From Rebecca billardiae RCC1528 (taxonomy: Eukaryota; Protista; Haptophyta), in contig OZ251247.1 in assembly GCA_965240325.2 (NCBI GenBank), positions 248,001 to 312,000 of the forward strand: 64,000 bases of DNA. The letters are read 5' to 3'. This document shows positions 57,865 to 64,000 of this stretch, piece by piece. Numbering within the stretch: the stretch's first letter is position 1; the number at the start of each line of letters is the position of its first letter. The notes below the pieces were generated by a model. The model was not told where the DNA came from. It was given only the letters and a program-made list of their open reading frames with translations, and did no database searches. A program made the translations under genes and the position numbers.

Positions 57865-58099
57865 AGTCCAGTCGTTGGGGTACCATACGTTCTGCCCGAG
57901 TGGTGAATAATCTTTTGCCGAAAAAGAAAAAGGGATGATGAATGAATGTATATATACCATTCAGGCGGGCATTGCCGGGTTGCACCCGGCAATGCTGCAT
58001 TCACCCCGGTCCTACCGGAATGCAGGGCTCGCCCCGCTGGCCGCTCCGTGACCGTCAGCGCCGCGCGCCACACAGGCCACCACGACTTCATTATCATCA

Positions 58100-59995
58100 A
58101 TACTGCTGCACGCATGATGGTAGTGACAGAGTACTGGCGGTACTGCTGCGCGCATGGTATGGTACTGCTGGGCGCGTGGTATGGCACTCACATGGTCGTA
58201 TGGTATGGTACTGCTGCACGCATGATGGTATGGTACTGCTGCGCGCATGGTAGCAGTATGGTAAGTACTGCTGCGCGCATGGTATGGTACTGCCACGTGC
58301 ATGGTACAGTATGGTACTGCTGCACGCATGTTGGTATGGTACTGGCGGTACTGCTGCGCGCATGGTATGGCACTGCTGTGCGCATGGTATGGTACTGCTG
58401 CGTGCATGGTATGGTACTGCTGCACGCAAGAAACAAACAAGCGCGCAGGTGGTGGGAGCCAAGCAAGCAGACGCAAGCGCGCAGGTGGTGGGAGAAGCAA
58501 GCGCGCAGGTGGTGGGAGTGCTCGCAGGTGGTGGGAGAAGCAAGAACCAGCAGCTCGAAGCAGCAGGCACTCCGATGCGGCACCTCCCGAAGCTGCTGCA
58601 TCCTTCTGACCGCCCGCGGTTTGCAGACGAAGCGTGGCCGCGACTACGAGCCGCACGCGCACGCGGTGCGCGCAGCGGTCATGGCGCTGGGTCCGGCGAG
58701 CAGCCGGGGTGAGGTTCAGGTACGAGGGGCACACACTATTCCGCATGCGCCTTGGCACCGACCACGCGCCGCATCCACTGGGAGATCTGCGGCCGCAAGA
58801 AGCGCGCGCCTTGGCGAGGGCGAAGCATCGTAGACCCGCCACCCGCCTGCGCAGTGCTTCCGCACCGCCGGCCGGGGCGGTCCGGCACTGCTTGCTTGGT
58901 ATTTGTCCGGCTTCCTCAGCTCATACATCATCAGTCCTCACTCCTTCACCGATCACTGCGCACCGATCTCATGAAGGGAGCGAGCAACGGAGGAAGCTGA
59001 AGCACCTTCACAGGTCCTTGCTCTCTTGAAACAGTGAGGAACCGGAAGCAACCGAGAGGAAGCTGAACTGAGGAACCTTCACAGGTCCTTGCTCTCTCCG
59101 CAGCTTCATACTGTACGGTGTACCATGCACACAGCAGTACCATTGCCATACCGCATGCGCGCAGCAGTACCATACCATGCTCGCAGCTGAGTACCATACC
59201 ATCATGCGCGCAGCAGTACGGCCATCATGCGTGCAGCAGTACCATACTACCATGCGCACAGCAGTACCATACCATGTGCGCAGCAGTACCATACCATGCG
59301 CGCAGCAGTACCATACCATCATGCACGCAGCAGTACCATACGACCATGCTTGCAGCGCAGTACCATACCATGCGTGCAGCAGTACCATCCCTACCATGCG
59401 TGCAGTAGTGCCATATGGTACTGCCGGCACACATGGTATGGACTATGGTACTGCTGGGCGCATGGTATCCATGGCACTCACATGGCATGGTATGGCACCG
59501 CTGTGCACATGGTATGGTACTGCTGCAAGCATGGTAGTATGGTACTGCTGCACGCATGATGGTATGGTACTGCTGCTCGCATGGTATGGTACTGCGGCGC
59601 GCATGGTATGGTACTGCTGCGCGCACTGTAGTGTGGTACTGCTCGCTCGGTGTGCATGGTATATGGTACTGCATGGTATGTTATGGCCTACTGCTGCGCG
59701 CATGGTATGGTACTGCTGCATGCATGGTAGGTACTGCTGCGCACATGATGGTATGGTACTGCTGCGCGCATGGTATGGTACTGCTGTGCGCATGATGGCG
59801 GTATGGTACTGCTGCACACATGGTGGTATGTACTGCTGCTGCGCGCATGGTATGGTACCGTGCCGCGCGGCATGGTATGATACTGCTGCACGCATGATGG
59901 TATGGTACTGGCGGTACTGCTGCGCGCATGGTATGGCACTGCTGTGCGCATGGTATGGTACTGCTGCGTGCATGGTATGGTACTGCTGCACGCAA
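58100..59995. repeat. About 22-bp minisatellite (TGGTATGGTACTGCTGCGCGCA) arrays with an internal inversion
   Basis: Forward arrays at about 58100-58425 and 59415-59995; inverted array at about 59110-59412. Confidence 0.9.
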
Positions 59996-60442
59996 GAAAC
60001 AAGCGCGCAGGTGGCGGGACGGCCAAGCAAGCAGACGCAAGCGCGCAGGAGTGGTGGGAGAAGCAAGCGCGCAGGTGGTGGGAGTGCTCGCAGGTGGTGG
60101 GAGAAGCAAGAACCAGCAGCTCGAAGCAGCAGGCACTCCGATGCGGCACCTCCCGAAGCTGCTGCATCCTTCTGACCGCCCGCGGTTTGCCACGAAGCGT
60201 CCGCAGACTCGGCGAGCCGCACGCGCACGCGGTGCGCGCAGCGGTCATGGCGCTGGGTCCGGCGAGCAGCCGGGGTGAGGTTCAGGTACGAGGGGCGCAC
60301 ACTATTCCGCATGCGCCTTGGCACCGACCACGCGCCGCATCCACTGGGAGATCTGCGGCCGCAAGAAGCGCGCGCCTTGGCGAGGGCGCCACGAAGCATC
60401 CGGTAGACCCGCCTGCGCAGTGCTTCCGCACCGCCGGCCGGG

Positions 60443-61093
60443 GCGGTCCGGCACTGCTTGCTTGGTGTTTGTCCGGCTTCCTCAGCTCATACATCATCAG
60501 TCCTCACTCCTTCACCGCGATCACTGCGCACCGATCTCATGAAGGGAGCGAGCAACTGATGTAAGCACCTTCACGGGTCCTGCTCTCTTGCCGAACCGTG
60601 GCGGTCCGGCACTGCTTGCTTGGTGTTTGTCCGGCTTCCTCAGCTCATACATCATCAGTCCTCACTCCTTCACCGATCACTGCGCACCGATCTCATGAAG
60701 GCAGCGAGCAACTGATGTAAGCACCTTCACGGGTGTAAGCACCTTCACGGGTCCTTGCTCTCTTGCCGTGAACCGTGGCGGTCCGGCACTGCTTGCTTGG
60801 TGTTTGTCCGGCTTCCTCAGCTCATACATCATCAGTCCTCACTCCTTCACCGCGATCACTGCGCACCGATCTCATGAAGGGAGCGAGCAACTGATGTAAG
60901 CACCTTCACGGGTCCTGCTCTCTTGCCGAACCGTGGCGGTCCGGCACTGCTTGCTTGGTGTTTGTCCGGCTTCCTCAGCTCATACATCATCAGTCCTCAC
61001 TCCTTCACCGCGATCACTGCGCACCGATCTCATGAAGGGAGCGAGCAACTGATGTAAGCACCTTCACGGGTCCTTGCTCTCTTGCCGAACCGT
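60443..61093. repeat. About 160-bp tandem repeat, 4 copies
   Basis: ggcggtccggcactgcttgcttggtg...gctctcttgccgaaccgt at about 60443, 60599, 60777 and 60935; another copy at about 58875. Confidence 0.92.
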
Positions 61094-61112
61094 GAGGAAC
61101 GAGCCGGTGGAG

Positions 61113-62197
61113 CAAGGGCGGTCAGGGCTGCTAACTCCCAGTGCCGCGAGTGAGAGGAGGTTGGGTATCGATCAACTCGTGCGCCCTCGCGGCGCAGCGG
61201 CTATGTCTCCTGGGGCGCCGCCCTGGAGGGCGCGTGGGGTGCGCACGCCGCGTGCTCCTGCGCCCGCGGCAGCGGGCGCGGACACGGCGCGCGTGGTTGG
61301 TCGCATGCTAGACAGCACGTAGTACCCCCCCACGCCGCGCGCCGCGCTCGCCGGCGCCCTCGCCGTGCCTCAGGCCAGCCCGCGCCCGCGCGCCGCACCA
61401 AGATCCAGTTGTAGCCACGCGCCAGCCGCCGGCGCGCGCGCGGTGTGCGGTGCGGTCGGCGCGGGGCGGGCGCGCGCCCGGGGCGAGGCTCGTGTACGAT
61501 CGGCGCGCGCCATGCCGCCACGCGTCGCCGAACACGAGCTTGATCACGTTCCACGCGGCTGCTGATGGGTGCTCGTCGAGCATTCCTCAGCCATCAGAAA
61601 TGAGCTTGGACAAGCGGCTGTGAGCGCGTCAGTGCGAGGAATGCGACGACTTGGGGACTCTTGCGCCATCATAGGATGCCAATCGTTCACACATCAGTGG
61701 TCTGCGCATGTCTATCGCGCTTCGCTGCCTTCCCGTGATCGTCTCAACATGAGCATTTTCAAACTTGGCCAATGCACACTCGACAGCATGAAAACGCGTG
61801 CGCCGACCCATGCGGGCGCCAGCGTGGCGGCGCGTGGCGGCATGGCGCGCGCCGATCGTACACGAGCCTCGCCCCGGGCGCGCGCCCGCCCCGCGCCGAC
61901 CGCACCGCGCACCGCGCGCGCGCTGGCGGCTGGCGCGTGGCCACGGCTGGCTCTTGGTGCGGCGCGCGGGCGCGGGCTGGCCTGAGGCACGGCGAGGGCG
62001 CCGGCGAGCGCGGCGCGCGGCGTGGGAGGGCACTACGTGCTGTCTAGCATGCGACCAACCACGCGCGCCGTGTCCGCGCCCGCTGCCGCGGGCGCAGGAG
62101 CACGCGGCGTGCGCACCCCACGCGCCCTCCAGGGCGGCGCCCCAGGAGATCGATACCCAACCTCCTCTCACCGGCGCGGCAGAGTTCGCAGCCCTTG
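61113..62197. mobile_element. Foldback MITE, copy 2 (diverged)
   Basis: CAAGGGC...GCCCTTG termini; arms and spacer homologous to 18362-19491; flanks GGTGGAG / CGAGGAG (degenerate 7-bp TSD). Confidence 0.85.
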
Positions 62198-62908
62198 CGA
62201 GGAGGGATCCGACACTCCGGACCCTTGATCCGACCTTTGAATCATCATCATCACTACATCTCTTGCTGTTCCCGGGGACGTAGCTGGGGGAGTTGACTGA
62301 CAGATTGCACGAAAAACCGTTGGCCCCAATTGGGATCTGACTAAACTGTATTCCTCGGGATACCTATTGGAAGGCCATCAACCTTGTAAGAATCACCGGA
62401 CTTCGCGTGTCCTACCGGAAAACTCGCTCCGCTCGCATGCTTGTTCTTACAGAACAACCAATGCGAGCGGGGCTCGCGATTAATTTATTCATTTATTCGT
62501 CGTAGTCGGCCACTGGCCGATGAACGGGCAAAAGTGGGCATCCTGTGGCCGACGGGTTGGCCGACGCCCGTCGAGGCTTGATTCGCACACAGCCGCCTAT
62601 GCGTCCGATCTTCTGGAGAGCATATTCGCCGGCACGTAGTGCGCGGGCATTGATGGCGGTGCATCGCGTGGCGATATATATATTGATGATGCTGCGATGC
62701 GTCCGCGCAGACACCGAGTAGCTGCGGCAGCGCTACGGCAGCACCGAGCAGGCGCGGCGGCTCGGCGGTCGGCCCGCCACCGTCAGTCGTCACCGTGGGC
62801 GGCGGCGCCACTCGGCCGCACTCGGTGCGGCAGTGGGCAGCACTCATCACCGCCGCCCGTGCGGCTGGCACCCAGACGCAGATCACCGCCGACGAGCCGA
62901 TGACACGT

Positions 62909-64000
62909 TCAGCGTTCGCTCGCGAGTTGGAGCCCGTCGATGCGAGCAGGGACGGCCCAGATATAAGCACCGGCTGGCGTGGCTGGCGGCATTGCTAGGC
63001 TCAGCCCGAGGCCGAGTGCCGCCGAGTGCGCCCCGCACGCGTACACGCTGCCGCACGCGGTGGCAAACAGCGCGTGCTGAAAGCTCAGGGCGCAGTGCAC
63101 CACGCGAGCTTGGGCTAGCGCACCGACACGCATGGGCAGCAGCGATTCGTCAAGGCCATCGTGTCCCAGCTGGCCGTCTTCGTTGTCCCCGAACGTGTGC
63201 ACGCTGCCGTCCGCGCCCAGCACCGCGCTGCAGCGGAGGCCAGCGCACGCGCGCACGATGCGCACAGCGGCGAGGGCGTCAACCCGCCTCGGCGTGAGCT
63301 GGTCGTCTGTGTCTCCGTGCCCGAGCCTGCCCTCCCCACCCGCCCCAAACGAGTGCACCCCACCCGCTGCGTCCACCACCAGGCTGTGCAACCAGCCCGC
63401 GCTCACGTTCACGGCGCGCACGCCTTCGAGCGCCTCGATGCGCCTCGGCGTGCGCTGATCCTGTTGGTTGCCGTGGCCGAGCTGGCCGTAGTAGCCCCAG
63501 CCGCACGAGTAGACGGCGCCTTGCGCAGCGAGCAGCAGCGTGTGCGCCTCGCCAGCTGCCATCCCCCCCACGCGCACGCCGTCCAGGGCCTCGATGCGCG
63601 TCGGCTCCCACCGCTTCTGAGTGTCGCCGTGGCCGAGCTGGCAGTAGTAGTTGTTGCCCCAGCTGTACGCGCAGCCGGCGGCGGTGAGCGCGAGGCTGTG
63701 GTAGTCGCCAGCGGCGATGCCCATCACCACGACGCCAGCGAGCGCCACGATCGGCTCAAACTCGCGCCGCTCCTCCGCGTCCCCCAGCCCGAGCTGGCCG
63801 GAGCCGTTGTAGCCGCAGCCGTACACGGCGCCGGCCTCGCTCAGCGCGAGCAGGTGGGCACGGCCAGCGGCCACAGCGGCTACGCGCACCGCGCTGAGCG
63901 AAGGCACGCAAGTCTGCACGCGTACTGCCCGCACGCCCGCGTGACCGATGACGAAGGGCGTTCGAGCCTCGCCCGTCCACACCCCGTCCTCCTCGTCATC
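62909..64000 (-). CDS. F-box/RCC1-repeat protein, short family member 9 (3' part; 5' end beyond window)
   Basis: Open frame with six RCC1 repeats; C-terminus PARIDGLQL shared with member 8. Confidence 0.88.
   Translation of the reverse strand, partial: DDEEDGVWTGEARTPFVIGHAGVRAVRVQTCVPSLSAVRVAAVAAGRAHLLALSEAGAVYGCGYNGSGQLGLGDAEERREFEPIVALAGVVVMGIAAGDYHSLALTAAGCAYSWGNNYYCQLGHGDTQKRWEPTRIEALDGVRVGGMAAGEAHTLLLAAQGAVYSCGWGYYGQLGHGNQQDQRTPRRIEALEGVRAVNVSAGWLHSLVVDAAGGVHSFGAGGEGRLGHGDTDDQLTPRRVDALAAVRIVRACAGLRCSAVLGADGSVHTFGDNEDGQLGHDGLDESLLPMRVGALAQARVVHCALSFQHALFATACGSVYACGAHSAALGLGLSLAMPPATPAGAYIWAVPARIDGLQLASER

Larger units (their letters stand above)
55407..62592. mobile_element. 7.2-kb composite TIR element with 8-bp TSD (hAT-like) containing nested insertions
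   Basis: TIRs CTATGTGCGAATCAAG / CTTGATTCGCACACAG; TSD CCGCCTAT (55399-55406, 62593-62600); subterminal TGGCCGA repeats at both ends. Confidence 0.85.

Noticed and set aside
58100-61093. CRISPR array
   Set aside because: Units are contiguous tandem repeats without unique spacers; no cas genes; eukaryotic context

Overview
Very GC-rich eukaryotic nuclear DNA with GT-AG introns and TTAGGG-type telomeric repeats; a haptophyte-like alga is my inference from composition only. The window is dominated by an intronless F-box + RCC1 beta-propeller gene family. Nine short members lie on the minus strand in two clusters (1-11180 and 50564-64000, two cut by the window edges), and two long, low-complexity-expanded paralogues lie on the plus strand (19654-22551, 41706-44594). 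The short members keep a near-constant framework but vary strongly at two recurring loop positions in each blade, are mosaics of one another, and one carries an in-frame telomeric-repeat insertion. Together this looks like a diversifying repertoire of SCF substrate receptors. Also present are a 5-exon membrane-anchored GST-like gene and a Pro/Ala-rich (PQ)n ORF. The rest is a dense nest of transposons: an internally deleted Copia element inside a Helentron-like element, a decayed RAG1/Transib-like transposon with CACAGTG/CACGGTG ends, several TIR families with 7-bp target duplications (two copies with possible cytosine-methyltransferase remnants), foldback MITEs, a Tourist-like MITE, a 7.2-kb composite element, satellites and an AT-rich hairpin-rich segment. 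All calls come from manual reading; no searches were run.
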